64,000 nucleotides of DNA from Candidatus Thalassarchaeaceae archaeon (GCA_023700245.1 JAJPRE010000005.1:7106-71105), one strand, 5' to 3'. Shown: positions 19,144 through 30,115, counted from the stretch's first letter. Notes: generated from the sequence alone by a model not told the origin. Numbers and translations: made by a program.

Positions 19144-20244
19144 ATGGGAATGACATTAGGTGAAAACTTACAAGTAACTCTATTTGGAGAAAGTCATGGC
19201 ATATGTGTTGGCGCATTAATAGAAGGAATGCCAGCAGGAATTCAAATTGACAAAGAATCTCTATTGAAAGATATCGCTAAGAGAAAACCTGGAAGAAGAG
19301 GATTATCAACAAGAAAAGAAATGGATAAGTGTGAAATCCTATCTGGAGTTCATAATGATTTAACTACGGGATGGCCAATATTATTATTAACAAAAAATTC
19401 AGATATTAAATCATCAGATTATGCATTCTTACCTGACCAACCGCGACCTGGTCATGCTGATATGGTTGAAAATGTTCGAACAAATGGTGCAAATGACCCG
19501 CGGGGAGGGGGATCGCAATCTGCACGTCTAACTTTTGGATTAGTAGCTGCAGGCAGTCAAATTAGAAAAATAATTGATGAAAAAGGTTGGAAATGCACTG
19601 CCCATTTACATAAAGTAGGTAATATTACTTCTAAAGCACTTTTTGAATTAGATAGAGTTACGTCCTTGGATCTTAACACTGATATGGGGAGACTGAATTG
19701 TAGAGATTCCGATGCCGCGACATTGATGTCAGACTATATCGAAGAAGTTAGAATGGATAGAGATTCAATAGGATCAGTTGTAGAGTTATTGATAGAGGGA
19801 TTACCAATTGGCCTGGGGGAACCTTGGTTTGATGGACTTGAACCTGCATTGGCCAGAGGATTAATGGCAATACCAGGTGCAAGAGCAGTAGAGTTTTCTC
19901 AAGGAATTTTGGCTTCGACTATGCGCGGTTCTGCACACAATGATTCATGGATTTATGAAAATAATATGCCTAAACTAGAAGCAGCCATCAGTGGAGATGC
20001 TGATGGTGCGCTTGGGGGACGTTCAACTGGAGCGGCGCTAAGTGTAAGGATACATTTCAAGCCCCCCAGTAGTATCCCTAGGGAACAATTCACACTACAT
20101 CTACCAAGTAAGGAAGTTCGATCCTTGAAGGTCGGAGGTAGGCATGATCCAATTCTTGGACCCAGGGCGGCACCTGTTGTAGAATCTGTAGCCCTGATAG
20201 TGATTGCTGATTTGGGAATTATTGGAAAATACATACAACCATAA
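19144..20244 (+). CDS. aroC: Chorismate synthase
   Basis: FGESHG, RPGHAD, GGG..SARLT, FKPPSSI and GRHDP motifs. Confidence 0.95.
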   Translation: MGMTLGENLQVTLFGESHGICVGALIEGMPAGIQIDKESLLKDIAKRKPGRRGLSTRKEMDKCEILSGVHNDLTTGWPILLLTKNSDIKSSDYAFLPDQPRPGHADMVENVRTNGANDPRGGGSQSARLTFGLVAAGSQIRKIIDEKGWKCTAHLHKVGNITSKALFELDRVTSLDLNTDMGRLNCRDSDAATLMSDYIEEVRMDRDSIGSVVELLIEGLPIGLGEPWFDGLEPALARGLMAIPGARAVEFSQGILASTMRGSAHNDSWIYENNMPKLEAAISGDADGALGGRSTGAALSVRIHFKPPSSIPREQFTLHLPSKEVRSLKVGGRHDPILGPRAAPVVESVALIVIADLGIIGKYIQP

Positions 20245-21171
20245 TCATGCTTGTTTATCTCTAAATTGTTGGACCCTGAGTGGTAAATTTACAGCAAATG
20301 CCCCACCTATAATTGTAAATATCACTATAGTTCCTAATGCTACTCCATACACACTAGTTAATTCCACGCTCTCCCTTAACCTATCTGCCGAAACTGGATT
20401 AATTATTGCGACCATTGCAGGTATTATCCTATTAATAAATAGTGTCAATAATGCAACAAATCCTGCTATAGATGGCGCTATTAGCAAAGATCTATGATAC
20501 CTTGATGTAATCTTTTGAATCCCCATAACATATACTTCCCCTGTTCGAATTGAAGTATCTAACATTGAGAATCTAATAATCCCGCTAGAGAGTTCCATGT
20601 ACATAACTAAAAATATTGCATAAAGAATTAAAAGCAATTTTTGCGCTATTTCTCCTTCGGGCAGGAAACTCAAGCCAAACTCTACTTTACTGCCTGCAAA
20701 TCTTATAGTTACAATAATTAACATTATATAAGAAACTAACAATGCTTTTTGATCTCTTTGGAAAACGCCATACATCCCCCCAATAAGTCCAATTCCTATA
20801 ATGATAAAATGAAATAAACCACCAATAAAACCAATTCCAATCATATTGGATAGAGCAAACCATGCAGTTCCAGTTACTGGAGTTATCATAAATGTTAAGA
20901 AGCACAATAAAACCAATGTTATAGATGAAGATAGTTGAAGTGAAGTAACCATCCTATCAGGTGGTAAAAATTTCATCTTACTGATTACTGGGCCGCCAAA
21001 AATAGATTCAACCCATCCAGGGATATGTACTTCAGGAATAGCATCAAGTGGAATTTCAGTATTCTGTTTAAGTTTACCAGCTGCTGCTTTCCTACTTGGT
21101 GCAGATGACCTCATAGTTTTGCTATCATATAGGTGCGCAGTAACGTTTATTTCGGCTTGATCATCGACCAT
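20245..21171 (-). CDS. Hypothetical multi-pass membrane protein of the MoxR/DUF58 operon
   Basis: 308 aa, about 6 hydrophobic segments, SD-like GGTGA upstream. Confidence 0.75.
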   Translation of the reverse strand: MVDDQAEINVTAHLYDSKTMRSSAPSRKAAAGKLKQNTEIPLDAIPEVHIPGWVESIFGGPVISKMKFLPPDRMVTSLQLSSSITLVLLCFLTFMITPVTGTAWFALSNMIGIGFIGGLFHFIIIGIGLIGGMYGVFQRDQKALLVSYIMLIIVTIRFAGSKVEFGLSFLPEGEIAQKLLLILYAIFLVMYMELSSGIIRFSMLDTSIRTGEVYVMGIQKITSRYHRSLLIAPSIAGFVALLTLFINRIIPAMVAIINPVSADRLRESVELTSVYGVALGTIVIFTIIGGAFAVNLPLRVQQFRDKQA

Positions 21172-21180
21172 AATCTCACC

Positions 21181-22500
21181 TCAAAATCCTCTTGCCCCAG
21201 ATAGTGCTGTATTCAGCATCATATCGGGCTCCCAATCCATGACAAAGGCTCCTAAACCTCTTAATTCGGCCATTAATATGTCTCTCTCAGTTTTTAATAC
21301 TTCATATCCGGTTCTATCTAATCTCCTAGCATCAAACTCAAATTCTAGACTACTTGGTGATAATATAGTTACATCAAAGTTTCTAGATCTTAAATCTCTA
21401 ACTGCATCTACTATTGTAGGATCCTCCTCAAGAGGAGTAAGGATTATTATTGGACTTCCACGATTAATGTGCGGCATTATCCTATTAGTTACTATTTTCA
21501 TAGGAGTATTACCTTTAGCCATGGCTCCAGCCAATTTTGTTAGTAAGACATATAATTGTTTTTTACCAGTATCACGATCGACAGAAGTTATTTCATCACC
21601 ATATATCACAAGTCCTACGGAATCTCTTCTCGAGAGGAAATGTTGTGATAAACTAGCTGCCGCTCTTGTACTATAAACTAAAGAATTCCTGCTTACTGGT
21701 CCAGTTTCGCTTATTTTCCTACTATCAACTATTAAAATAATATCACTTACAGCGTCCCTTTCGAACTCATTTACCATCATTTTACCATCTTGTCTGGCTG
21801 TTGCTTTCCAATTAACTTTCTTCATTGGATCTCCAGGAATATATTCTCTCAGATTATAGAAATTTGATCCTTCACCGGGATTTCTAATGTTTACTGCGCC
21901 GGTAAAAATTTTAGGTACGCGACTTTTAATCATAGCATCTTTGATATCCTCCATTTTTGGGAAAACTAGGAAATCTTCATACAAATGTATTTCTTTCTCA
22001 TTGTGAAAAAGGCCGAATGCATCTTGAACTCTAACGCATACTGGCCCTATAGTATAAAATCCGCGTAATGGAGTTTCAATAGTATAGGATATTTCTGTCT
22101 CCCTTTGAGGACCTAATTCCATTAAAACATAATTTGCACCTTTCTTGATCCTCATAACTTCTGGAACTCTATCTCTAACTTCAAGAACTTTGGACGTATT
22201 GGACCTATTTTGAAGCCTAAGAGTTACATCTACTTCGCCATCTTCAAAAATCCTAGATGAGGAAACCTTTCGCATTGCAAGAATATTCTGTAATTCAATA
22301 CCTTCATCATTTTGTAAATCATCTAATCGCCTACCTGATGAAGAAACATCAGCATGACTTGTCCTAAATGCGGCCCAAGTCAAAAAAGAGAGTAAAACTA
22401 CTGCAACAGTAACAAGTTGCTGATTTCTTAGAACTAGTCCTAATAGATATAAAGCGACGGCTAACGATGCAAACATCGCAGATTTTCGACTCCATGCCAT
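21181..22500 (-). CDS. DUF58 domain protein (vWA-like, MoxR-associated)
   Basis: LREYIPGDPMKKVNWKATAR and MVNEFE motifs; N-terminal TM helices. Confidence 0.9.
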   Translation of the reverse strand: MAWSRKSAMFASLAVALYLLGLVLRNQQLVTVAVVLLSFLTWAAFRTSHADVSSSGRRLDDLQNDEGIELQNILAMRKVSSSRIFEDGEVDVTLRLQNRSNTSKVLEVRDRVPEVMRIKKGANYVLMELGPQRETEISYTIETPLRGFYTIGPVCVRVQDAFGLFHNEKEIHLYEDFLVFPKMEDIKDAMIKSRVPKIFTGAVNIRNPGEGSNFYNLREYIPGDPMKKVNWKATARQDGKMMVNEFERDAVSDIILIVDSRKISETGPVSRNSLVYSTRAAASLSQHFLSRRDSVGLVIYGDEITSVDRDTGKKQLYVLLTKLAGAMAKGNTPMKIVTNRIMPHINRGSPIIILTPLEEDPTIVDAVRDLRSRNFDVTILSPSSLEFEFDARRLDRTGYEVLKTERDILMAELRGLGAFVMDWEPDMMLNTALSGARGF

Positions 22501-22523
22501 ATATCTCAAACTCCGTTTGAATA

Positions 22524-23579
22524 TTAAACAGTTGGTACAGGTACTGTTCTCAGGATTTCTTTAATTATATCTTCCGTACTTGCACCTTTTATTTGATGTT
22601 CAGGTTTCAATATTAACCGATGAGCAAGAGCCAGATTGGCTATTGATTTTACGTCATCAGGAGTAACGAAATCACGACCACGCATGGCAGCAGCTGCACG
22701 ACTAGTCTTCAATAGTGCTTGAGAACCACGAGGCGATGAACCAACTAAAACTTGATTATGTTCACGAGTTTGAGTAACAATTTCTACCATATACATCCTA
22801 ACTGCAGGATCTACATATACATCTTCAATTGCATTTTGCATTGCCACTACTCTTGCAGGATCAGTAATAATATCAACTTCAACTGCGTCTTTCTTTCTTA
22901 AAATACGTCGAGCTAATATCTCATCTTCATCCGCTCTACTTGGGTAGCCAACGCTCATCTTAAACATAAATCGGTCAAGTTGAGCTTCTGGAAGTGGATA
23001 GGTTCCTTCTTGCTCAACAGGATTCTGTGTTGCCATTGTAAGGAATGGTGAGGGTAATTTGTGAGTGACTGTACCAATTGTAACCTGCTTTTCTTGCATG
23101 GCTTCAAGTAGAGCGGCTTGAGTCTTAGGAGGGGCACGATTTATCTCATCGGAAAGTAAGAGATTACAGAATATTGGCCCTGGTTTAAATGTGAATTCTC
23201 CTTTCTTTGCATCATAGATATTCGTACCAGTAATATCTGCAGGAAGTAAATCTGGAGTAAATTGTACTCTCTTAAAATCACAACCAAGCGCATCGGCAAA
23301 GGTATTGGTCATCAGAGTCTTGGCTAGACCTGGATAATCTTCAAACAGAAGATTACCATTTGATAAAATATTTACTAGTACGTTATCTATAACGTGAGGT
23401 TTTCCAATAATTACTTTTTGGACTTCTAGGCCTATTGCATGTGCAATAGCTCCAACAGCAGTTAATTTTTCATTCATTTTGTTGCCGTCTCGGGCTAATT
23501 CTGCCTTCTTAGCATAAGCTGCATCGGCATTATTTGAGGGCGGTGCTGGTGGTGCATCTACAGGTGGGTTTGCATTCAT
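22524..23579 (-). CDS. moxR: MoxR family AAA+ ATPase
   Basis: PGLAKT, RVQFTPDLLPAD, DEINRAPPKTQAALLEAMQE and EGTYPLPEAQLDRF motifs. Confidence 0.95.
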   Translation of the reverse strand: MNANPPVDAPPAPPSNNADAAYAKKAELARDGNKMNEKLTAVGAIAHAIGLEVQKVIIGKPHVIDNVLVNILSNGNLLFEDYPGLAKTLMTNTFADALGCDFKRVQFTPDLLPADITGTNIYDAKKGEFTFKPGPIFCNLLLSDEINRAPPKTQAALLEAMQEKQVTIGTVTHKLPSPFLTMATQNPVEQEGTYPLPEAQLDRFMFKMSVGYPSRADEDEILARRILRKKDAVEVDIITDPARVVAMQNAIEDVYVDPAVRMYMVEIVTQTREHNQVLVGSSPRGSQALLKTSRAAAAMRGRDFVTPDDVKSIANLALAHRLILKPEHQIKGASTEDIIKEILRTVPVPTV

Positions 23580-23602
23580 ATTTATTTCTCCATTTATTTT
23601 TA

Positions 23603-25243
23603 TTAATTATTTTTGCCCCATCGGCGGATTGCCTGCATCATCTGGCGCAACTCCTTAGGGGTGTATGTACGGCTTTGGCTATAAGCCAATTCCACAAGAC
23701 GCGGATCTCCAATCATGGATTGAACTTCTGCTGGTGGCTTTGTTGCCATTTCGTCACGAGTTAGGTCATGGTGGACCCTAATTTTTGTAAATAATGATTG
23801 TTGTACTCGAGTTCGATACGTTTTTGGATCTAGTTTGCTCGGTCTTTCGGAAAAACGAGTTAAATCAAAGACGTGCCTCCAATTTTCTTTCTGAGGCACT
23901 ATCATCATTGCAACTAGGAGCAGCAATCCTACGTTAAGAACAACTAACCATTTTAAGAACGTATTAGAAGTTAATAGTACTATAGTTCCCATTGCCTCGA
24001 CAAATGGTGCTGAAATAACTCCAGTAATATGCCTACTTTCATCGAATACTATTTGGAAATTTGATTTGTCTCCAGCATAATCTCCATTTTTTATTTGTGC
24101 AGATAAGTTAAGATTATCAAATTCCATCATATCATAAATAAGTGAATTGAAATAGATATCATTACCTAACCAGTCATTATTATTATTAATTTCTTGATTC
24201 CAACAATTTTCAACGATACACGATTCCCTTAGGCCTGTCTTTCTTGCCTCATCCAATGACCATAGACGATTGGAAAAGGCCTCTTCATCGGAAACAAAAA
24301 CAATGCTTCCAGTAACAGAAAGTTCACCAACGCCTCCGGAAAATGCGCTACCGCCACTATTGGAACTAACTTGATCCAATACCTGTATATTAGGATAATC
24401 GAAACGCATAATTAATTTTAAATCTCCAGGTGCTGGATTAAGGGGATCTCCTGCATCGCCATTTTCTTGAATATCAATAAATGCAGATGTTGAAGCTGTA
24501 CCTAGAGTCATAACATTACGATGATCGGGATCAGTTACATCTTTGGAAGAAGGTTCAAATTTCATTCCAGTAGCACCCCTTAACATAACGGGTAATCTAC
24601 AATCCACTGTATTGTATATGTCAATATTAAATTGGGAACATCCTTGCCTTAATGCACCTGGGTCCATATTTTGAACATCTTGGCCAACGGTAGCAACTGT
24701 CCAGACGTTGCGCCATGTAACTATTTCACCACCAAATGAGTCCCTTTTAACTTCGCCATTTTGATCATATTCGACCCAGTGTTGATTTTCATCCAATAAG
24801 TAATTATTAAAGAAAGTTAAGCCAAATTTATCTGCCAATCTATTTGCATTGGTGTTATCAGAAGCAACAATGACTTTTCCGCCTTTTTCAGTTACGAATT
24901 TGTAAATTTCTTCCGCTTCTGTTTCATCAATGGGCTTTTCTGGAGCGATAATCAGTAGCATAGTCCTATGCGGATCTTTCCAATCGTTAACTAACATAGG
25001 AGTAGACATAGTATTAGCTATAAAATAATCTTCTTCATCAGATAAATCAGCCCTCATATCTGTTAATTGTGCTAATTGGAGTATTTCGCCTTCTCCGATT
25101 TCATATGCAGAATATGCAGTACTTTTCCCTGCTACAAAAAACATAGGTAATATCAATAGAAGTACTATAGTAATCGAAAGTGAGCTCAACACAATTGTAG
25201 AAAACTTTTCTTCTTGTGTTTTCTCACCTGCCACTTTAATCAT
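23603..25243 (-). CDS. DUF4350-like membrane-anchored protein of the MoxR operon
   Basis: N- and C-terminal TM helices, FVTEKGGKVIVAS and IVFDESR motifs; first gene of the moxR-DUF58 operon. Confidence 0.6.
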   Translation of the reverse strand: MIKVAGEKTQEEKFSTIVLSSLSITIVLLLILPMFFVAGKSTAYSAYEIGEGEILQLAQLTDMRADLSDEEDYFIANTMSTPMLVNDWKDPHRTMLLIIAPEKPIDETEAEEIYKFVTEKGGKVIVASDNTNANRLADKFGLTFFNNYLLDENQHWVEYDQNGEVKRDSFGGEIVTWRNVWTVATVGQDVQNMDPGALRQGCSQFNIDIYNTVDCRLPVMLRGATGMKFEPSSKDVTDPDHRNVMTLGTASTSAFIDIQENGDAGDPLNPAPGDLKLIMRFDYPNIQVLDQVSSNSGGSAFSGGVGELSVTGSIVFVSDEEAFSNRLWSLDEARKTGLRESCIVENCWNQEINNNNDWLGNDIYFNSLIYDMMEFDNLNLSAQIKNGDYAGDKSNFQIVFDESRHITGVISAPFVEAMGTIVLLTSNTFLKWLVVLNVGLLLLVAMMIVPQKENWRHVFDLTRFSERPSKLDPKTYRTRVQQSLFTKIRVHHDLTRDEMATKPPAEVQSMIGDPRLVELAYSQSRTYTPKELRQMMQAIRRWGKNN

Positions 25244-25406
25244 CTCAAAAAATGTAGGCAGCACCTACAACAGGTTTCCGACAATAGGAGTACAAATATA
25301 TGTTATTGCGTAAAGTTCAAAAAAAAAAGTTAATATATCGTATCTTGGTTTATTTTTTACATCTATGAAGTACAGCGAATTAAAAAGATATTAGTACGCA
25401 GATTTA

Positions 25407-26351
25407 TTAATTTTTTCTACTAAATGCAAGGGCAGTGAAAATGCAACAAATAATGGAAATAGGATTTAAAAATGGTAAGCTTGAACCAATTACTTCAGTG
25501 GTTGTGGTAGTAGAGTCGTCATTCGAATCAGGATCATTTTTAGTCAAAGGGGGATCTACAGCAACTTGTACATCGTCACTTACTAATGATTGGGACCCAG
25601 TATTCATCCCGCCATTAGATGCAACTGTGATTTCTACTTTACAGTTTCTTCTTGGATGACTTTCGGATGCAGACAATTCTAAATCAGATTGAGTAGATTT
25701 ACCGGGATTTAAATTTGCAGTCATTAATGAGTCGAGACCGTTATTGGGACTTAATAAGGGACAATTATCCGTTATTTCTATTTCCCCAACTCGATCTTCA
25801 ATATTTCCCTTATTAGTTACTGTGACTCTTAAAGGCATGCTTGAACCAGCATTCATAGGTCCAACTGGATCTTCAATTTCTATATCCAATAAGTAAATTA
25901 TTGGAATCATTAATTTTCCCTCTGCATCATTTGAAGAAGGAAATAATTGAGGAGTGTCCTGAATGGAGTTTAAATTGGCCGTAATAGTAAATGCTTCCTG
26001 CGCCCTGGCGGCAAAATTAAGGATATTTATATTCGAAATTTGAAGAGTGAAGGATTCATTACTTTGGCCTTCAATTGTTCCTTCTGATGGCCCGGAATAT
26101 TCACCTGGAAATGCTTTTTCATACTCAAAGGAAACATCTATAGAAAATAAACCATCATTAGTTATAGTAAACGTAATTCTTGCACTTCCATCATTAGATA
26201 ATTCAAAAGGATTACCGGAATCATCTTCCGGATATTCAATATTCAATTCCCAGGGATAAATATCGCCTTGAGAATGGACCCCTGGCAATAAGGATATCAA
26301 TATCAGACTAGTAATTATGAAAATATATGAATTTGTCAACTTATGCTCCAT
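25407..26351 (-). CDS. Secreted Ig-like/CARDB surface protein with a C-terminal sorting-like tail (choice-of-anchor T-like)
   Basis: Signal peptide; repeated V.N.G...D beta-sandwich motifs; Thr-rich linker, then LPF, a TM helix and RKN. Confidence 0.6.
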   Translation of the reverse strand: MEHKLTNSYIFIITSLILISLLPGVHSQGDIYPWELNIEYPEDDSGNPFELSNDGSARITFTITNDGLFSIDVSFEYEKAFPGEYSGPSEGTIEGQSNESFTLQISNINILNFAARAQEAFTITANLNSIQDTPQLFPSSNDAEGKLMIPIIYLLDIEIEDPVGPMNAGSSMPLRVTVTNKGNIEDRVGEIEITDNCPLLSPNNGLDSLMTANLNPGKSTQSDLELSASESHPRRNCKVEITVASNGGMNTGSQSLVSDDVQVAVDPPLTKNDPDSNDDSTTTTTEVIGSSLPFLNPISIICCIFTALAFSRKN

Positions 26352-26352
26352 A

Positions 26353-27333
26353 CTAGACCTCCAATAGGCCCTCGCACGCCCTCTTTGTTAATACTCTCAC
26401 CATTTTTCTTCTGTAAGAAGTAGAATACCAAGTATTTTGAACTGGTTTTACTGCTTTTCTTATTTGTTCTGATAGTAAAGATATGCTTGCTTTTCCATTC
26501 CAGTCGTGGATTAAATTTGAAGCCAATTCATCGTGATAGCCAGGAATAGATTCCAAACCCGTTGTAGCAACTCTTAATTCCTTAAGTTTATTATTTTCTT
26601 TCTTCCATAAGACTGCAACGCCTGCTTCAGGAAAATCCCATGATTCTCTTTGTCGCAATTTTTGATAATCACCAGACCAATTTGAAATATCTTTTGGGAT
26701 CGTTATATGAGTCAATAATTCGCCAGGAATTAATTTGTTCCTAGTCATGCCATCTAATTCAAAAAAATTATTCAATGGCATTTCTCTTTTTCCTTCTACT
26801 GAAATTAAGTGTACTTTTGCACCCATGCACATCAATACAGGGGCTAGGTCAGCTTGGTAAGTAGCAACGCATAACGTATTCTGATTTGGAATTACTCTGC
26901 AATCTGCACCCGTTCCGCAATCGCATTTGTGGCACCAATCAATAGTTTCTCTCCAATCTTCAGTTTGATTATACCAATAACATCGAGTATCGAGGCATAT
27001 ATTACCTCCAACTGTACCAGAACGGCGAATCAAAATACTTGCGATTGAATTGGCAGATTTTGCAAGAACTGGATGAGTGGTTTCGGACTCGGCTAAATCT
27101 TGAATTCTGACCATAGCCCCAATATGAGTTGGAGATAATTTAGTGAGAACATCAATTTTTGCCAAAGATATTACATTATCTTTTGGATTCAAATGCCATT
27201 TGTAATTTGGAAGAAGATCAGTTCCTCCTGCAATCCAATCAAAGTCTCCACCTTCGGATTGGATTGATTTGGCGATTTCAAATGCTTCTTCGAGACTATT
27301 TGGTGTGTGAAGTTTAAATGGGGGCATGCGCAT
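26353..27333 (-). CDS. hcrB: Xanthine dehydrogenase-family FAD subunit with [4Fe-4S] insert (4-hydroxybenzoyl-CoA reductase beta-like)
   Basis: AGGTDL and TVGGNIC motifs; Cys insert CLDTRCYWYNQ...WCHKCDC...DCRV...LCVATYQAD. Start MRMPPF with GGAGTG SD. Confidence 0.8.
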   Translation of the reverse strand: MRMPPFKLHTPNSLEEAFEIAKSIQSEGGDFDWIAGGTDLLPNYKWHLNPKDNVISLAKIDVLTKLSPTHIGAMVRIQDLAESETTHPVLAKSANSIASILIRRSGTVGGNICLDTRCYWYNQTEDWRETIDWCHKCDCGTGADCRVIPNQNTLCVATYQADLAPVLMCMGAKVHLISVEGKREMPLNNFFELDGMTRNKLIPGELLTHITIPKDISNWSGDYQKLRQRESWDFPEAGVAVLWKKENNKLKELRVATTGLESIPGYHDELASNLIHDWNGKASISLLSEQIRKAVKPVQNTWYSTSYRRKMVRVLTKRACEGLLEV

Positions 27334-27334
27334 T

Positions 27335-30115
27335 TTAATCACTCCTGTGACGCCTTTCGGTATGTAACCATGCTCTTCCTGCCAATCTGGGATTTTGGAG
27401 ATATTCTTCTGAGGGTAACACTGAAACTTTCCAACTATCATCTATTTCATCAGGAGGTATCGTTGGATCAAGCCCAAACAATGCACCATTATGATAAGGT
27501 TCTATTTTTGATTCATTTCTCCTTTTTATATCTCTAATTTTGTGCTCACTAGCCCTTTTCTCTAATGTGAGCTGTAATTCTGATAATTCTAACCTTGGAG
27601 AGGGTAAATCTAAAGGATCTGTAATTTTTAATTTTCTACATTTCTTCTCTATATTTTTATAAAGCCTATCGGGCGTAATTGGTAACTCATCACTTCTGAT
27701 TCCTATTGCATCATAAACTGCGTTACAAACTGCAGGAAGAATGGGCAATAAAGGCCCTTCTCCAGCTTCTTTTGCTCCAAATGGCCCCTCCGGATCATTA
27801 GATTCTACGATTATCGGCACAACTTCAGGCATTTCATGTACACTTGGAATTTTATAATCTAAAAGATCAGTATTCATTAAATTTCCCGTTCTTCCATACC
27901 TCATTTCCTCAGATAATACTTGGCCCATGCCCATGTGGCAAGAACCTATGATTTGACCCTTTACGGCTAAAGGATTCAATGCCTTACCACAATCGTGGGC
28001 TGCCCAGACTTTTTTCACTTTAGTCTGCCCTGTCTCAATATCTACTTTGACTTCAGCAACATATGCTGAGAAAGAGTAAGCTGGCGCTAACCCTGCACCT
28101 GCACCTTTGTGTGCCCTTCCCATAGGAGGTGTTCGATATGCTCCCGATGCCACTAATGCACCTATCTCTTCTTGGGATTTATGTAATGCTTCTAGGTATG
28201 AAACTCCAACTGCTGGGTCGTCTTTTCTAAATATTCTTCTGTCCCCAATTACTAGTTTCTTCAATGGCGCTCCGGTAATCTTAGAAGTAGCATCTAATAA
28301 TTTATTTCTTATTTCCATTGCTGCAGAAATTGCCGCATTGGCATTCATGAACGTAACTCTTGATGAGTAAGAACCTAAATCAACAGGAGATGTATCTGTT
28401 TCTCTAGACTTTATCCTTATCATATCAAGTGGTAATCCTAAAACTTCAGCCACAGACTGGGCTACAACTGTATCAGATCCTTGACCTATATCGGCTGCGC
28501 CCGTGTGAACGGTTACTCCTCCATCCATATCTATTTTCAAATGGACAGTAGCGTGTGGAAATTTATTTGGATCCCAATGAATGGGTAAACCACTTCCGGA
28601 AATAAAGAATCCGCATCCTATTCCAATACCATGCCCTAAAGGTAATTTTCTAAACTTATCTTTCCAACCTGATTCTGTCATTACTCTTTCTAAACATTCC
28701 CTCATGCCAATACTGGTTACCCTAAACCCAGTGATAGTGGCTGAATTGGGCGGAAGAAGATTTGCTAATCTAAAAGAAATAGGATCGACATTTAATTTTT
28801 CTGAGATATCATCAATTCCCACTTCTACTGCGCATCTAGAATTTACGGCTCCATGGCCGCGCATTGCTCCACTTGCTGGCTTATTTGTCCATACTCTTGC
28901 ACCAGTATAATGGAATGCTCCGATCTCATAAGGTGCGGTATGTAATACTCCATTATAGTAAGTAGTAACATGCCCAAAAGATGCAAATGCACCACCATCT
29001 ATTAATGCATCAGTTTGTATTCCACACAATCTTCCTTCCTGATCTGCATGCAAATTCATTTCAATGTGCGAGGGATGTCTGCCCCTGTTAATCCAATAAA
29101 CCTCTTCACGATCAAAGGTAATTCTAACCGGGCGACCCGATTTACGGGCTAAAATAGATGCACACATTTCATGAGGAAACGGATCGGATTTACCTCCAAA
29201 TCCTCCCCCTACAAATGTCCTATGAACATTTATTTGATGCATAGGAATTTCCAAAACATCGGCTAGAGCCCTGTGAACATAATGAGGAACTTGCTGGGGA
29301 GTATACAATGTTAATCTGCCTGAAGGGTCCCAGTCAGCAACTACTGCATGAGGTTCCGTTGCTGCGTGGTTGACTCCATTAAAGAACCAATTTTTTTTAT
29401 GAGATGCTATAGAATTAGCTTCCATGGATTCTATATTACCAAATTCTTGAAAAACACGTTTTTGTATATTTGATTCACCTATGTGATAAATCCCTCTATC
29501 GTGAATAGGTTCATTGGAATCATTTAGTCCATCCTTCATATCATGTATTGAGTCTAAAATTTCATATTCAACATCTATTAGACGTATGGCTTCTAATGCT
29601 ATTGATTCATCTTCAGCAGCAACGCATGCAACTAAATCTCCAATGTGCCTTACTCTATCAACTGCCATTGCATGCTCATCTTTTGTTACAGGCAGGACTC
29701 CAAATTTATTACTAGCATCTTGGCCAGTTGCAATTGAGATAACTCCGGGTAATTCGATAGCTTTTGTTACATCTATTGATAATATACGGGCATAATGATG
29801 GGGGGAGCGGATAATTTTTCCTATTAGTTCATTTGATAATCTAATATCATCACCATATTTTGCTTTACCCGTAACTTTCCATTTACTATCGATAAGAGAA
29901 GTGGGCTTACCAACAACTCTACCAGTAATCAATTCATCATGCCTATGTCCTCCCCATGGTTGTTTCTTTTCACCACCTTGGCTTTCAGGAATTAATTGCT
30001 CATTCCTTGGTTCACTAAATGAATTCTTACCGCCAGAACCAGGCCTAGAAAATGATAATTTTCCTGATTGTTGCCTGTAGCCAACAATCTCCTTTTTTTT
30101 ATCCTTAGGCATCAT
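27335..30115 (-). CDS. hcrA: Xanthine dehydrogenase-family molybdopterin-binding subunit (4-hydroxybenzoyl-CoA reductase alpha-like)
   Basis: KVTGKAKY, VGGGFGGK, GAMRGHG, DIGQG, GSYSSRVT and GPFGAKEAGEG motifs. Confidence 0.8.
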   Translation of the reverse strand: MMPKDKKKEIVGYRQQSGKLSFSRPGSGGKNSFSEPRNEQLIPESQGGEKKQPWGGHRHDELITGRVVGKPTSLIDSKWKVTGKAKYGDDIRLSNELIGKIIRSPHHYARILSIDVTKAIELPGVISIATGQDASNKFGVLPVTKDEHAMAVDRVRHIGDLVACVAAEDESIALEAIRLIDVEYEILDSIHDMKDGLNDSNEPIHDRGIYHIGESNIQKRVFQEFGNIESMEANSIASHKKNWFFNGVNHAATEPHAVVADWDPSGRLTLYTPQQVPHYVHRALADVLEIPMHQINVHRTFVGGGFGGKSDPFPHEMCASILARKSGRPVRITFDREEVYWINRGRHPSHIEMNLHADQEGRLCGIQTDALIDGGAFASFGHVTTYYNGVLHTAPYEIGAFHYTGARVWTNKPASGAMRGHGAVNSRCAVEVGIDDISEKLNVDPISFRLANLLPPNSATITGFRVTSIGMRECLERVMTESGWKDKFRKLPLGHGIGIGCGFFISGSGLPIHWDPNKFPHATVHLKIDMDGGVTVHTGAADIGQGSDTVVAQSVAEVLGLPLDMIRIKSRETDTSPVDLGSYSSRVTFMNANAAISAAMEIRNKLLDATSKITGAPLKKLVIGDRRIFRKDDPAVGVSYLEALHKSQEEIGALVASGAYRTPPMGRAHKGAGAGLAPAYSFSAYVAEVKVDIETGQTKVKKVWAAHDCGKALNPLAVKGQIIGSCHMGMGQVLSEEMRYGRTGNLMNTDLLDYKIPSVHEMPEVVPIIVESNDPEGPFGAKEAGEGPLLPILPAVCNAVYDAIGIRSDELPITPDRLYKNIEKKCRKLKITDPLDLPSPRLELSELQLTLEKRASEHKIRDIKRRNESKIEPYHNGALFGLDPTIPPDEIDDSWKVSVLPSEEYLQNPRLAGRAWLHTERRHRSD

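Noticed and set aside
27334..27441. N-terminal extension of the FAD subunit given in the ORF track
   Set aside because: It overlaps the Mo-subunit 3' end; the SD and homology favour the ATG at 27333.
27335..30115. Aerobic CO dehydrogenase large subunit (CoxL)
   Set aside because: It lacks the AYxCSFR (form I) and AYRGAGR (form II) motifs and has AMRGHG instead.
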